DNA of 63,745 nucleotides, filler included, from Olpidium bornovanus S191 (Eukaryota; Fungi; Olpidiomycota): the NCBI GenBank assembly GCA_017911155.1. It is 28 parts of 28 records of this genome, joined end to end, with 100 filler letters (N's around TTAATTAATTAA, not from the genome) between each part and the next. Parts side by side here need not be neighbours in the genome. Positions count along the whole stretch, not along the records: positions 46,799 to 50,767 come from JAEFCI010008329.1; positions 50,868 to 52,510 come from JAEFCI010008597.1; positions 52,611 to 54,851 come from JAEFCI010007664.1; positions 54,952 to 57,178 come from JAEFCI010003403.1; positions 57,279 to 58,790 come from JAEFCI010006800.1; positions 58,891 to 60,338 come from JAEFCI010005892.1; positions 60,439 to 62,221 come from JAEFCI010008607.1; 21 more parts are not named here. One strand, 5' to 3'. Shown one piece after another: positions 48,981 to 61,217 of the stretch (positions are counted from its first letter, which is position 1; every line of letters begins with the position of its first letter). Under the pieces are notes generated by a model. The model searched no databases and was not told the DNA's origin. It saw only the letters and a program-made list of their open reading frames with translations. The translations under genes were made by a program, and so were the position numbers.

Positions 48981-50089
48981 GCAGGCCTTCTGGCATTTCT
49001 CCGAGGACCGCCTAAAGTATTTAGAAAAAAGCTTGCTCTTTTTTTATTAGTTGGGACAGTTGATGCGGCGTGGCGTAGCACAGGATTGAGAAGTCGGCAT
49101 AGTTTGTTGCGCGAATACCGGGGACCTCTGTCTGTTACTAGCGCGCCCATTGTGTCTCACGCAGACAAAATTTAAAATCTACTATGGTCAATCCAAACGA
49201 CGCCATATTCACTCTTCTCTTGCTGGGAACTCGTTTCGAGACGAGATTGCAACGAGGGCAAAGTGAGCTTGGCGTCAATTGGTCGGTGGCACGACTCAGT
49301 TTTCGTATGCGTAGCTCCCGCGTTGCGTAGCACGGGAGGAATAAACGCGGGCCAATAAATGTGGCGGCACGGCTGCAGATTCTCCAAACGCGCAAAGGCA
49401 GAGTTGCGTAAATAATTCCTTGTGCCTTTAGCAACCTAGTTGCACTAGGAAATACATTCCACTTGCATACTGTGCTTCGCATCGCGGCCCGCTCTCTTGG
49501 ACGCACGTTTTTGTGGGTTTTTGTGGTTCTGCCCATTTAGAGGTGAGTTATGTTGCAGACGGCCTGCTGGAGTTGGGCACCCTTCGTTCGGGCCTCCAGG
49601 TTAACCCTCCCTCTCTTTCAAACAAAACGAAAGCTTCTGGGTAAAAACAGGAGCATTGTCCATAATAGATCCAAACTTATCAACAATTAATAGGGAGCGT
49701 GCGCCCGGGAGTCGCAAGTTCAATGCGACTGCCGAGGAAAGCCGCCCGCGTCGCTTTTTTAACCAAAAGTCGTCTACGCAAAGGAAATTCGACCCCAAAT
49801 CGGGGAATCGAAACAACGGTTGCCCCGGGGAGAGCCTAGCCGTCGGAGCAATTCGGTTTCGGATAACGCTTGGCGTTGGCCGCGGACGTCATTTGGCCGC
49901 TTGATTGGAACAGGTGATCGCGTCGCCCTTGCAGCACGCTGAAGGGTGACATAGGAAAGGAACGAGCGCGTCCCCGTTTGAGGATAGCGCCTGGCGACGT
50001 AGGCAGGCGGAGAGATCGGTCAAAGCGCCCCGATAAGCCTCGCCGGGACCGGATAAAGCGGGCTGCGTTGTCGATGGAGGCTATCGATA

Positions 50090-50720
50090 AAAACTATTGA
50101 TGAGCAAATAATTGAAAAAATTGCGCTCAACAATAGTCGCCAAATTATTAAAGTATAACTACTAATCACCAAATTATATCTATAAGACCTAAACTAATGA
50201 TACGTGTACTATGGAACATCCCGTATAATGTATCAACATTTAATTATATATTGATTTAGTTAATTTCATTCTTACATTTTACCAGTAAGAAATGTTCCGA
50301 CATAGAAATATTTTTAGTCTGTTGAGCTAGCTCCTTAAATGTATATAGTAAGCAAATTCTAATTAACTAAACTCCATTAGTAAGATATATTTATCTATAA
50401 AAAAAAGTATAGGTAATGGATTTATAGACAGTGCAAAGAAAATTTGCAATCACCAGTAAATTTGATATTATTCTGCATACCAGTATTTTATTATAGCATA
50501 ACTAAAGTAGTGGGACAACTGAAGGCGTTGTTGTTCATTATACTGGATCGACCCGGAGACTTAATGATTGGTTCACGTGCCATTGCAAGAAGGGAGCACT
50601 ACGTTCCATCGAAGGAAGGGAACGCTACAGTACAATAACAATAACCAATAATTACTATTGTGCATAGATATTAAATAAGATGCCATCATATTTCAATTCG
50701 AAAGTGTAAACCATTATTTA
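50090..50720. other. AT-rich, apparently non-coding island in a GC-rich assembly
   Basis: Abrupt compositional shift, many TA dinucleotides and no substantial ORF. Confidence 0.7.
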
Positions 50721-50867
50721 TACGGCCGTCATCAACGCCTCCTCCAATATTCGAACGGGAGCGCATGNNNNNNNNNNNNNNNNNNNNNNNNNNNNNNNNN
50801 NNNNNNNNNNNTTAATTAATTAANNNNNNNNNNNNNNNNNNNNNNNNNNNNNNNNNNNNNNNNNNNN

Positions 50868-51136
50868 ACATGACGATGAACACCCACCTTAAGACCGTGA
50901 AAATGACAGTGAAGAACAAGGATCCCGTGACGCTTGACGCCCTGTCAGTCCGAGGCAGTAACATCCGGTACTTCATCCTCCCGGACTCGCTGGCTCTCGA
51001 CACGTTGCTCGTCGACGATACGCCGAAGCCGAAGGCGAAAAAAAGGGATACCGACAAGCCCGGCAGGGGCGGCCGGGGAGGCGGCCGCGGTGGGCGTGGC
51101 AGGGGCGTGAGGGGGCGCGGACGGGGCCGGTTCTGA
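50868..51136 (+). CDS. SMD1: Small nuclear ribonucleoprotein Sm D1, final exon, 5' partial
   Basis: [48 protein letters not shown] followed by an RG-rich tail. Confidence 0.96.
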
Positions 51137-52327
51137 GGAATGCTCTGTGGTTTTCTTTTTTCTCTTAATTTTTCTTGTCGGACGCGGGCATACCCCACCA
51201 CCTGAAACAATCCTATCCTGCGCTCCGGGTTGAGAGGGCGCTGCGCTCTGGAATTTGGTAATTCACGCGTTTACACAACCTTTATATGTACACGAATATA
51301 ACGCAGCAGCGAGACGGACGTTTTCTCACGCGAGGTTGCGAAGCTGTTCTAATCACTTTATTCTGCCGGGATGGCCTTCGGCGCAGAGGTTTCGACTTTA
51401 CGCGTGTCGGCCACCGTGACTAATACGAAATGCCGTGAACACCTTGAAAAGACGTTTCGGCGGTAGTCCGTGTTCGCAGGCGTCCAACGTTTGCAAGAAC
51501 CCGCGGCGATGATGGTCCCTGGTGCGTCAACTCCGCCGTAAGAATTGCCAGCTTGCGCCGACAGGAGACGCTGACGCGTCACCGGCGCCGGGACGCTTCC
51601 CTACTGCTGCTGGACGTCGTTCTAGCCCGCAGCCATCTCCTCCCAGTTTTCGATTACGAGGGCACCACTCCCTGCCTTTCCGCTCTCCCCCCACCCCCGC
51701 AGAGCCGCGGATTGCGGGTGATAGATAGCATGCTCTCCAGAATTTAAGTCGGCTCTTTCAAAAGCGCTCGGATGCCGCCCCGCAGAACTGTCGACCGTCC
51801 GCCGTTTTACGCCCGCGTGGATCCTCTCGGGCGTCCACGTCCTACGTTGAACTGGCGCGGGGATCTTGCGCTGGAGCCAAGGCCTCTGCTCTCGCGATAA
51901 AGAGACCGGCTGATCGCGCGGGACGTGTTGCTGATGAGGCGGTAGTTTGATCACGACGTCTCCGAAACTCGGTGGAGCACCTCATCCACTCACGATAAAA
52001 AAAAACGCTGACAGATAGATGGTTTGTGGCAGTGTGACAGTCTCCTTCGTCTCCGTCTCCGTCTCCGCCGTCTCCGGTTGTTTCCCGGGCCCTTTTTTCC
52101 ATTGCGGGCGGCGGGGGGGCTGGGAAACGGGGGTTGGGGGGTGGGGGAAAGGGGGAAAAAGGGCCGCGCGGGGGGGGCCGTTCGCAACGAAGGAGGGGAG
52201 GGGTGTGGTCCTGGGACTCGGAACCGCGGCGGCCTCTCTTTTTTTTTTTTTTTTTTTTCCGAGCGAGCGGGCGGGCGGGGGCTTTCTTTAGAAAGGGAAG
52301 CGGGCACCGGCTGCTTTTACCAGGAGA

Positions 52328-52364
<37 letters not shown>

Positions 52365-52610
52365 CCCCCCCCCCACCCCCCTCTCCCCCCCCCCCCCCCC
52401 CCCCACCCCCCCCCCTCGTCCGATGAGAACCAGGATGGCAACGCCGAAGGTAAAGAAAGCAAAAAGAATTAACGCGGGCGCGCGCGTCGGGCGAGTCAAC
52501 CCACTTCCGGNNNNNNNNNNNNNNNNNNNNNNNNNNNNNNNNNNNNNNNNNNNNTTAATTAATTAANNNNNNNNNNNNNNNNNNNNNNNNNNNNNNNNNN
52601 NNNNNNNNNN

Positions 52611-53859
52611 CATGTTTCGTAATCGCAGCGGTACCTTTCTTTAGTGCAATATCCAGCTGACCGCATTTAGTCATCAAATCAGTTATCTTGCGGTCTTTTG
52701 CCTCTAGTGTTGTCTTGATTGTCAAAACTTCATCCTTCAACTGGTCAACCTCGGCTTTCTTCGTGTCCAGTTCCCGTAGTTGATCCTGCCTCCGCTCAAT
52801 CTTATCCTCTCCTTTCTCCGTCTCTTTTTTAAGGCGCCTCTTGAAATCTTCGTTCTCGATCGAGAGGGCGGTGTTTTTCCTCAAAAGCTCGTCGCATTCG
52901 ACCGAGATCTGGTCCTTTGACGCTTCAATCCGCACTCGAATGGTCTCGGCCATCTTGAGCTCGGTGGTGAGACGCAGACGCTCCTCTTGCATTTCCTTTA
53001 GCTGGGCGCGGTATTCGTCCACGTTGAACTTGAGGACCCGAACCTCCCCTTCCTCGAGGCGGGCACCGAGAGCGGAGTTCTCGCGGCGGAGCTCATCGAG
53101 TGACCGCTGCAGTCGCCCGCTCACGGCCACCTGCTCCTCCAGCTGGTCACGAAACCGGTCTCGCTCGGCCTGCGCGTCGGCGTTCGCGGCGAGCAGGCGG
53201 TCGCGGTCCCGCTGCAGTCGCTCGCACGCGCTGCGGACGCAGTCCCGCTCGGTTTGGAACTGCTCCGCCCGCTTGCTCGCCATGACCGCTTCCGCTACCA
53301 GCTGGTCCCGCTCTTCGCCGTGCATGTCGTGCAACCGGGCGAAACCCTCCTCTTGGTCGGCCTTCTCCTTCTCCTGGCTTTGGATAGTCAGCTCTTGCAT
53401 CGCCGTCCTCGTCTCCAGTTCTCTCACTCGCTCTTCCAATGCCTGCGCCCATGGTGAGGCCAAAGATTTGAGCGCAAAAAAAAACCCCCCGCGCGCGAAA
53501 ACGATCCACGAGCCGCACGGTCGTGGCCGCAGTCCGGCGTGGAAACAACACCTTCATGTCTTTCCGATGCTTCTCCTGAAGATCAACGTATTTTGTCTTC
53601 AAGTTTCTGATGCCGTCGTTCATAGCGACGGACGTCGGCAGGCTGGAAATTGCGTCCGTGTCTGAGCTCACGCGAGGGCCTGTTCCACGTCTGGAAACGT
53701 GAGAACAATGGTCAACAACGGTGTTTGAAGGAACAACGCAACCGGCAACCGGGGGATGCGTTGCACGGGGTTAGACGGGATACCAACGCACAGGTATCGC
53801 GTCTCTAATTCAAGGAGGTAAATCTGTTGCTGGAGATTCCTGACGTATTCGTCCTCCAC
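52611..53859 (-). CDS. Long coiled-coil protein, partial
   Basis: Exon EDEYVRNLQQQIYLLELETRYL, followed by spliced heptad-rich E/K/Q/R exons, including a 280+ aa open frame (52555..53463). Confidence 0.7.
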
Positions 53860-55289
53860 ACTTCGGTCGACCTTCTTTGCCGGGTCCTGCCGTGAATTAA
53901 AAAGCTTGTTCCTGCGGTTTGGATCATTATTGAAAACTGCCCGGACGAATTTTCAACGCGCTGTCAGTTATTCGTCTGAGCGATGTACGCACCTCGGCGA
54001 CTTCATCCCTGCCATCCGATCCTTCTCAGATAGGTCTCTGCCGCCGAAAGCAACCTGTCCAGAGCCATCCTTTGGGCCTGTTGAGGGCGGGGGACGAACG
54101 TCCGACCCGCGGGTTGAGGGGAGAGTCTCCACATATGCTTCCCCTCCTTGTACGGCCCGGGACATACCGCGCGTCGGGTAACCTCGGCCTAGCGGCGAAC
54201 GAAGCGGGAAAGCCTGGAAGGCGGACGACATCGCTCGGGCTCCACGGGGAACGAACGATTTTGCTGTCAAGCCCGGCGAGTCTGAGGACCAACGGCCCCG
54301 TGCGCTGTTACCTCTGAGCCCTCCACGCTGCTCACATCGGTCTCCCGCAAAATGACGTAATTGCTGTGGTTGATCCGGTTGGAGGAGACTGAGCGATGCC
54401 CAGTCGTAGCCGATCCGGCCGGGATGTTTGGCGCTGCGGGGTCGTCGGGATTCCCCGGGCCGTGGCAGTTCGTCTGGGCACGCAACGCACGCATGGGACG
54501 TGTACACGCTTGGGGACATGGCCACACGCGCACGGGGGCGCACGCCCTTGCCGCCCTCGCACGCGCCGCCGGTGGGCCCGTGGGGAACACAAGCGATCAC
54601 GAGCCGTCATGGCACGTAGCACGCACCGTACGAGAGCATCGAGTCGCTTCTGGGCCGTGCCTTGGAACGGTGCGACGACAGCGAAAAGAAACAATCCCCC
54701 CCTCCTCCCCATCTCTGCCACAAACGTTTGCATGAATCCCTGCCGCGAATCCTCTTGCCAAAAATCTTCCCGGTAGGAGCCAACATTATACTGGCACCAA
54801 TGCAACTGTCAGTTACCACAGTGCCAATGCGCGGAAACTTCTCAAACTTCANNNNNNNNNNNNNNNNNNNNNNNNNNNNNNNNNNNNNNNNNNNNTTAAT
54901 TAATTAANNNNNNNNNNNNNNNNNNNNNNNNNNNNNNNNNNNNNNNNNNNNGCAAGGTAGGAGAGGGGAGGGGGGCGGAACGAAAGCGGGAGAGGGAACC
55001 GCCGTGGGTTGGGGAAAGGTGATCGGCAGCGACAGGCGAGGTTCGTGAAAAGTAATGCGTCTATAGTACATGGACAGGGGGGGTATTGGGGGACCGGTTC
55101 AGTTTTCGTCCCGACGAAAGCCCGCTAGCGTCCCCGAGGGGTTTGCCCGAGAGGTCCTGCTCCCGAAAGGTTTGATTTTCTCCCCCCGATCCTCCTCCAC
55201 CTCTCGTTCCGCGCGTTCATTCTATCGTGCACACGGTACCTGGGCGGGGGGAGGCGCCTGTCGGCTCCCTGAACGCGCGCAAACCCCCC

Positions 55290-57062
55290 TCACTTCCTCG
55301 CGATCGGCGTCGAAAAGCGCGTTCCGAACGAGGCGCCCGTTTCGGATGCCGCGCCCGCCGCGCCGGCGGGGGTGTTCTTGGGCGGCCTGCCGCGGGGACG
55401 TTTCGAACCCGGCGCCGCGGCGGCGACCGCCGACCCCGGCTTGCGCTTGTCCGCGTCCTCGCCCGCGTCGCGGCGTTCGGCCGTCGGTTTGCTCCCCCGG
55501 CCCCCGAAAGTCGCTGCCTCGACCGGCGGGTTCTCTTTTCCCCTCTGCCCAGAGGTCGACGCCGTCGGCACGGCTGTCTGGACCGACGTATCCCCGCCGT
55601 CGTTCACGTGCTTCGAGAGCAAGACTAGCCGGATCGCGCACGCCGAAGGTCGCGAGGGGGCGGTTGCCGCGGCGTCGGCCGCTGCTTCGGCCGTCGACGA
55701 GGACGATTGCTGATTGCGGGGCTGCTGCGGGGCCGCTGAACGGGCCGGTGGCCGCAAGCGACCGTGCAGATATTGGTCGAAGTGCTGGACGTGGTGGGCC
55801 GAGATCCCGGCAATCGAGGAGGTGGGAGCGAATTCGACAACCGATGCCGCGAACGGGCCGCAACCGTCGGCAGTTGGTCGTGACTCTGCCTGCGACTGAT
55901 CCGCCGGGCTCAACGGCGGCGGGGGCTTCGCGAGGACCGCGGAATGATCGGGCCGCCGCTGCGGCGAGGCCAAACCGCCGGCGATCTCCGCGATCCCGCG
56001 GCTTTCGTGCCCGCACCCGACCTCGACGCCCAGCGCCCCGCCGTCGATCTCGAACAAGTCGTCCTCACGCACGTCCAGCCGGAAAGCTTCCTCCTCCTGA
56101 TCGACCTCGGTCGTTTCGCGGGAACGCCGCGCGTGGCGGCGGCAGAGCTCGTTCTCGATGTAGAACGCGCCGTCCATCGGCAGGCTGCCGGTTAATCCCG
56201 GCGAAAGCGAAAGCAACGGTTCGGCCGCCAGCAACGGTTCGGCCGCCAGCAGCGGTTCGGCCGCCAGCAGCGGGACAGGCAGTCCGTTTGACTGCCAGGA
56301 GTGAAACGCGTCAGGATCGGAGGCGCTGCCGCAAGTCCAGGAAGTGTCGTCGTGTTCTTGCTCGCGCGCGGGGGACTCCCGCGCGCGGTGGTTGCCGCCG
56401 GAAGAACAGAAGGCCTGGGCGTCCTCGACACCAGCCGCAGCAGATCTGTCGGGAATGAACCGGGGAGCCGACGACGACGACGACGACGACGACGACGCAC
56501 CAGGCCCGGAGCAGGCTTCCTCCTCCGCTGCTTCCGGCTTGTCGAGACCGGCATCCGCCGCCAACGCTTCGTCGGGGCTCACCAGCACGACGTATCCCGC
56601 GTGCAAAGGCTTCGCCAAGCCGGCAGCCGGCGGCCGAAGCGACGGCGCTGTCGGCGGCGGAAGCGGCGCGCGGGTCGACGCGGGCCGGACCTGTCGGGGC
56701 GGGCCGCCGCCTCCGGCCGACGCTGCGGGATCCGCGGGGTCAGGAGGAGCGAGAGTAACGTTGCTGGGCGACGGGCGGCGCGGCGGCGGCAGCCGCCGGG
56801 GCGCGGGCTGCTGCGACGGGACGCGGCGGAGACCGGGGCGGCCGCGCAGGTCGGGCGGGCGGCGGTGGTGGCGGGGGTGGAGGGGGTGCCGCCGCCGCCG
56901 CCGCCGCCGCCGCTGGTGCTGCTGGTGCTGCTGCTGCGGCAGCTTCAGCGCGGCGGCGTGTACGAGGAGGGGGAAGACGGGCGGCGGCGGGAGGGCGGCG
57001 TTCTTCTTTTTGTGCGGGGTTCCTCTCTCTCGCCGGGTCCTCTCTCTCTCACTCTCTCTCAC
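55290..57062 (-). CDS. Hypothetical disordered protein with a C-terminal AT-hook
   Basis: 590-aa ORF with KRPRGRPPK, an (LLAAEP)x3 repeat and poly-Q/S/R tracts. The start is uncertain. Confidence 0.45.
   Translation of the reverse strand: MRESERERTRRERGTPHKKKNAALPPPPVFPLLVHAAALKLPQQQHQQHQRRRRRRRRHPLHPRHHRRPPDLRGRPGLRRVPSQQPAPRRLPPPRRPSPSNVTLAPPDPADPAASAGGGGPPRQVRPASTRAPLPPPTAPSLRPPAAGLAKPLHAGYVVLVSPDEALAADAGLDKPEAAEEEACSGPGASSSSSSSSSAPRFIPDRSAAAGVEDAQAFCSSGGNHRARESPAREQEHDDTSWTCGSASDPDAFHSWQSNGLPVPLLAAEPLLAAEPLLAAEPLLSLSPGLTGSLPMDGAFYIENELCRRHARRSRETTEVDQEEEAFRLDVREDDLFEIDGGALGVEVGCGHESRGIAEIAGGLASPQRRPDHSAVLAKPPPPLSPADQSQAESRPTADGCGPFAASVVEFAPTSSIAGISAHHVQHFDQYLHGRLRPPARSAAPQQPRNQQSSSSTAEAAADAAATAPSRPSACAIRLVLLSKHVNDGGDTSVQTAVPTASTSGQRGKENPPVEAATFGGRGSKPTAERRDAGEDADKRKPGSAVAAAAPGSKRPRGRPPKNTPAGAAGAASETGASFGTRFSTPIARK
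56212..56273. repeat. 18-bp tandem repeat x3.4, encoding LLAAEP on the minus strand
   Basis: Unit AGCA(A/G)CGGTTCGGCCGCC. Confidence 0.9.
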
Positions 57063-57278
57063 TCTCTCTCCACTCTCGCTCTGGTCTCACTCGTCGTCCC
57101 ACTCTACTCTCTCACTCCGACTGACTCGCTCTCTCACACCCCCCCCCCCCCACGCTCTGGCGGTTCGCGGGCATACGCNNNNNNNNNNNNNNNNNNNNNN
57201 NNNNNNNNNNNNNNNNNNNNNNTTAATTAATTAANNNNNNNNNNNNNNNNNNNNNNNNNNNNNNNNNNNNNNNNNNNN

Positions 57279-57901
57279 CATGGAATCAACGAAGATGACG
57301 AGGAGGTGGAGCTCCCCAAACCAGACGAGGACGAGCTTGCGGACCGGTGCCGGCGGGCGCGGGCTGTGTTCGCCCGGGCTGACCGTCGAGCGAAGCAGCG
57401 TGAAGCCAAGGAGGACCGGGTTGTCATCCTGGAGGCTTGGCGGGACTTCGAGAACGCGTACGGCTCCACTGAGACCAAGGCTGCCATCGCATCTAAAATG
57501 CCCAAGGTGGTCAAGAGGCGCAGAAAAGTCCAGGCCGAGGGCGGTGCTGCCACCAAGGATACAGCAGGGGTTGTGTGGGAAGAGTACTTTGATTACCTGT
57601 TCCCCGACGAGCAGGGTGCCAAACCCGGCCTCAAACTCCTGGCAATGGCGCACGCATGGGCAAAGAAAAAGGTGCGTGTTCATCTTTTGTGTCTGTGTGA
57701 AAATGGGTGATGGCCGCACTTTCGCTAAATTAATTGACTTGTGGAAATGGTTATCCTGGCTCCGCGTTGGTGTTTCTCCTCGTGCAGGCTTCGATCGAGC
57801 AGGCTTCGATCGAGCAGGCCTCCTCATCGACTCCAGCACAGGAGGGGCAAGACACGGACGACTTGGGCGAGCGGAGCTCCAAAATGGCCAGAATCGAATA
57901 A
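57279..57901 (+). CDS. CLF1: Crooked-neck pre-mRNA splicing factor Clf1/Syf3, C-terminal part
   Basis: KEDRVVILEAWRDFE, KMPKVVKRRRK, WEEYFDYLFPDE, LKLLAMAHAWAKKK. Probable last exon ends in TAA at 57899-57901. Confidence 0.93.
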
Positions 57902-58435
57902 CAGGCAACTTCCACAGTGTTCATTGGCATAGTCCTTCTGCGAAAACACTTCATATTTTGGTTGTTTGAGACAAAGTTTAAATCTTCCGTGGGCAACATA
58001 GCCGTGTGCCGTATTAGTGAGACTCAATTGTCTCCTCGTAATTGCTTGATTTCCAATTGGTTCACGTTGCCAGTGAATGACTCCCTTGCAACCGCCCTTC
58101 CACCTTCTTTCCGGGACCTCGCCCAACAGGCGCGCACCAAACTTACGTCGCAACTTGCGTTGTCGAAGGGGCCCATACCGTCCGGCCGCACGCGAACTCG
58201 AGCGCCGGGCGTCGTAGAGCTGCTGCTCTTCCCAAATGCGTGCCTCTCTCCGCCTTCCTTTGGCGGGCGGGGTCGACTCCGACGGACGGGTCGGCAGGTG
58301 CGCGCGCGCGCACAGGACCGCGTTCCGTGTGCGGCCGTGCGGGGAAGGAGCGGCAGGAGCGCCCCCGCAAAATCGTCGCAAGGCGCCCGAACAAAAAAAA
58401 AAAAAAACCACCGAGCCGTGAAACGGGGCCCGCAA

Positions 58436-58790
58436 ATGGACGGCGCGGCGGCCGATACGCCGTCCCTGCTGGACGCGTTGCTGTCCTGCGGCGCCGAGCA
58501 GGGCCGGTTGGATTATGGCGACGACGCCGCGGCGGACGGCGAGGGCGCCGGCCGGCGGCGTCGGCGGCGGCCGCCGGCCCCGTGCCCGGCGAAGTACGCG
58601 CAGCTGCTGCGGTCGGGCGTGCAACACAAGCATTACTCCGCCGTGCTGCACCTCGTGGACCTGTTCGCTTGCTCGGGCGTGGAGCCGCCGCGCTGGGTCC
58701 TGTACGCGACCTTCCGCGACGTCCTCCTGCTCGGCGCGGAGCCGTCGCCGTCCGCCTCCGGGTGGGTGAGGTACCTCCGCGGCGGCGGCG
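58436..58790 (+). CDS. Hypothetical protein, N-terminal fragment
   Basis: ATG after an A-rich leader; KYAQLLRSGVQHKHYSAVLHLVDLF looks helical and ordered; donor-like GTGAGG near the end. Confidence 0.35.
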
Positions 58791-59264
58791 NNNNNNNNNN
58801 NNNNNNNNNNNNNNNNNNNNNNNNNNNNNNNNNNTTAATTAATTAANNNNNNNNNNNNNNNNNNNNNNNNNNNNNNNNNNNNNNNNNNNNACTTCCACTT
58901 TCTTCCATACCTTTTAATAGGGCAACAACGGTCAGAACCAGCACAACGCCACTTTCCGTAACTGCTTAAACACCAAAAAAAAAAAAGAGATCGGCGGCAC
59001 CGAAAAAAAAAAAAGGGAGAGGAAGGGGGGGGGCGGGGGGCGGCGGGGGGGGGGGGGGGGGAGGGGGGGGGGGGGGGTGGGGGGAGGGGGTGAGGCGGAG
59101 GTGAGAAAAACCGGGCCGACCCCGGGCGTTCCGCGGTCAGGCCCTCTCGCAGGACCGCCGCCACCGGCACCGCGAAAGACAAACGTACGCACGCTGGGGG
59201 AGAGCTCTGAGCGAGTGCGCCCGGGAGTTCGGCGGCGGCGACGTCGACGGGTCGAGTCCGTCGC

Positions 59265-59295
<31 letters not shown>

Positions 59296-60262
59296 GTCGT
59301 CACCGGAGTCAATCGGGTCGAACACGCCTTTTCCTTCCCCTTTATCTTCTTCCCGTCCTCCTCCCCGCCTGCCGGCAGCGAAACTCCGGCAGCACAACAC
59401 GTCGCGGAGGGCGGAGAACCTGCTCCGATCGCCCGCGGCGGCGCAGGCGAGGGGCGGGTTGACCTGGTGCGGCGCGCGCCGGTACAGCGTCTTCCGCCTG
59501 CCCGATGGCCGGATCAGCGTGATCTCGCTGACCACGGTGTCGACGACGCAGGTCCTCCGCCGTGGCGGGCCGCCGCCGCCGCCGCCTGCAGGGCCCGCGA
59601 GGAGGCCGGCGACGTCGACTTTTGAGACGCCGTGCTCGTCGGGCAGGCCCGCGGCCGCGGAGTCGTCGAGGCAGGGGTAGGAGTCTCGCATGTCGCCGTC
59701 GTCGTTCGGAAAGCGGGCCGAACGCCGTTTCGCGAATGCAGCCGCAGTCGCAATTGGCGGCCAGCGGGAGGGGGGGGGGCTGTGGCCCGCCCTGGTCGCG
59801 CGACGCGACCCAACCGCCGAGGGGCGACTTGCTCCGGGCAATGCCGTGTGCGGGGGGGCGGCGGGGGCTTGGGCGCGACGAGGGGAGGGGCGAATGGAGC
59901 GAAGAAACGGGGGGGGGGCCGGCGGCGCTTGAAAAAAGGGGGGGGTTCCCCCCCGCCGCGCGTTCCGAGGGGGACCGGGAAACGGGAGGGGGGGGGCGCG
60001 CGCGCGCGCCGTAGCAGCAACCCGGCAAACCGCCCGCCCCCTTCCCCCCGTTTGCAACCGCCCCGGCAGACGAGCGCCTGCGCCACACGGGAGTTTCTTT
60101 CTTGTGTCGAGGAGAGAGAGCAGAGAGAGAGAGAGAGAGAGACGCGCGTTCGTGCGGACGTAACGGAAAAAAACGGCGAGAACAAAAAAAAAAACGACGC
60201 CCTTGCTCTCTCTCCTCACGCGGCCCCCCCTTCCCCCCCCCCCCCCCCCCCGCCCTCCCCCC

Positions 60263-60302
<40 letters not shown>

Positions 60303-61087
60303 CCCCGCCCCACCCCCCCCCCCCCCCCCCCCCCCCCCNNNNNNNNNNNNNNNNNNNNNNNNNNNNNNNNNNNNNNNNNNNNTTAATTAATTAANNNNNN
60401 NNNNNNNNNNNNNNNNNNNNNNNNNNNNNNNNNNNNNNCCCCCCCCCCCCCTTCCTCCCCCCTCCCTCCCCCCTCCCCCCGCCCCGCGAACAGGGCAATT
60501 GCAGCGGAGGTGTGGATGTCCCTTTGTCTCGGAAATCGCTCTGCCGTTTCGTTTCGGTTTTCGGGGTGCATCCCAATCGGCCTGCCGCGCACTGTTTCTG
60601 GGTGCGCGCGGGCGTGTGCCCGTAAGCCGGGCGGTTTATACCGTTTTCGACGCGTCGAGCACGGCGACGACGCGCGGCCAGAGGGCGTCGAACCGCAACG
60701 CTTGGGCGACGGGTTGCCTAACGCCGCGGGGTCAGGCGTGTGTGAGTGTGTAAACGCCTTTTTTTTTTCTCTCCCCCGGAGCAGTGCCGGGAAGGGAATG
60801 GATAAAGGGGGAAATTCTTTTTGTGCGTTTGATCCGCGGGGTGGGTGCCGTGGGTGCCCGGGGGGTGAGTGTCACCGCCCGCAATGAAGAGAGAGAAGAA
60901 GTGCTTCGGCGCAATTTTCCCCGCGGCGATCGGGAAGTGTGGCGTGTTGGTGGAATTGCAGCATTCAGCAGCGGAAGTAAAGCCTTTTTTTTTTTTTTCC
61001 CCTTTCCTGACCCTAAAGGCTTTTTTTTTTTTTTTTTTTTTTTTTTTCCCTTTCCTGCCGGCCCCGCGCGTCGGCGTGCGGCGGCTC

Positions 61088-61100
61088 CTCTTCCGCAAGA

Positions 61101-61165
<65 letters not shown>
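61088..61165. repeat. (GA)n microsatellite upstream of the TAPT1-like start; similar CT/GA tracts near 9130-9220 and 45140-45205
   Basis: Read directly from the sequence. Confidence 0.85.
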
Positions 61166-61167
<2 letters not shown>

Positions 61168-61217
61168 CAGGAGGAAACAGGCCGTTCTTAGCTTGGAGGC
61201 GCAGAGCGGTTGCCGCC

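Noticed and set aside
49601-49816. IMDNAP in a minus-strand ORF as a Tc1/IS630 DDE transposase remnant
   Set aside because: A single short motif without the following His or other catalytic blocks.
59340-59720. Minus-strand segment VVDTVVSEITLIRPSGRRKTLYRRAPHQ followed by a donor-like GT
   Set aside because: Probably coding, but start, downstream frame and family could not be established.
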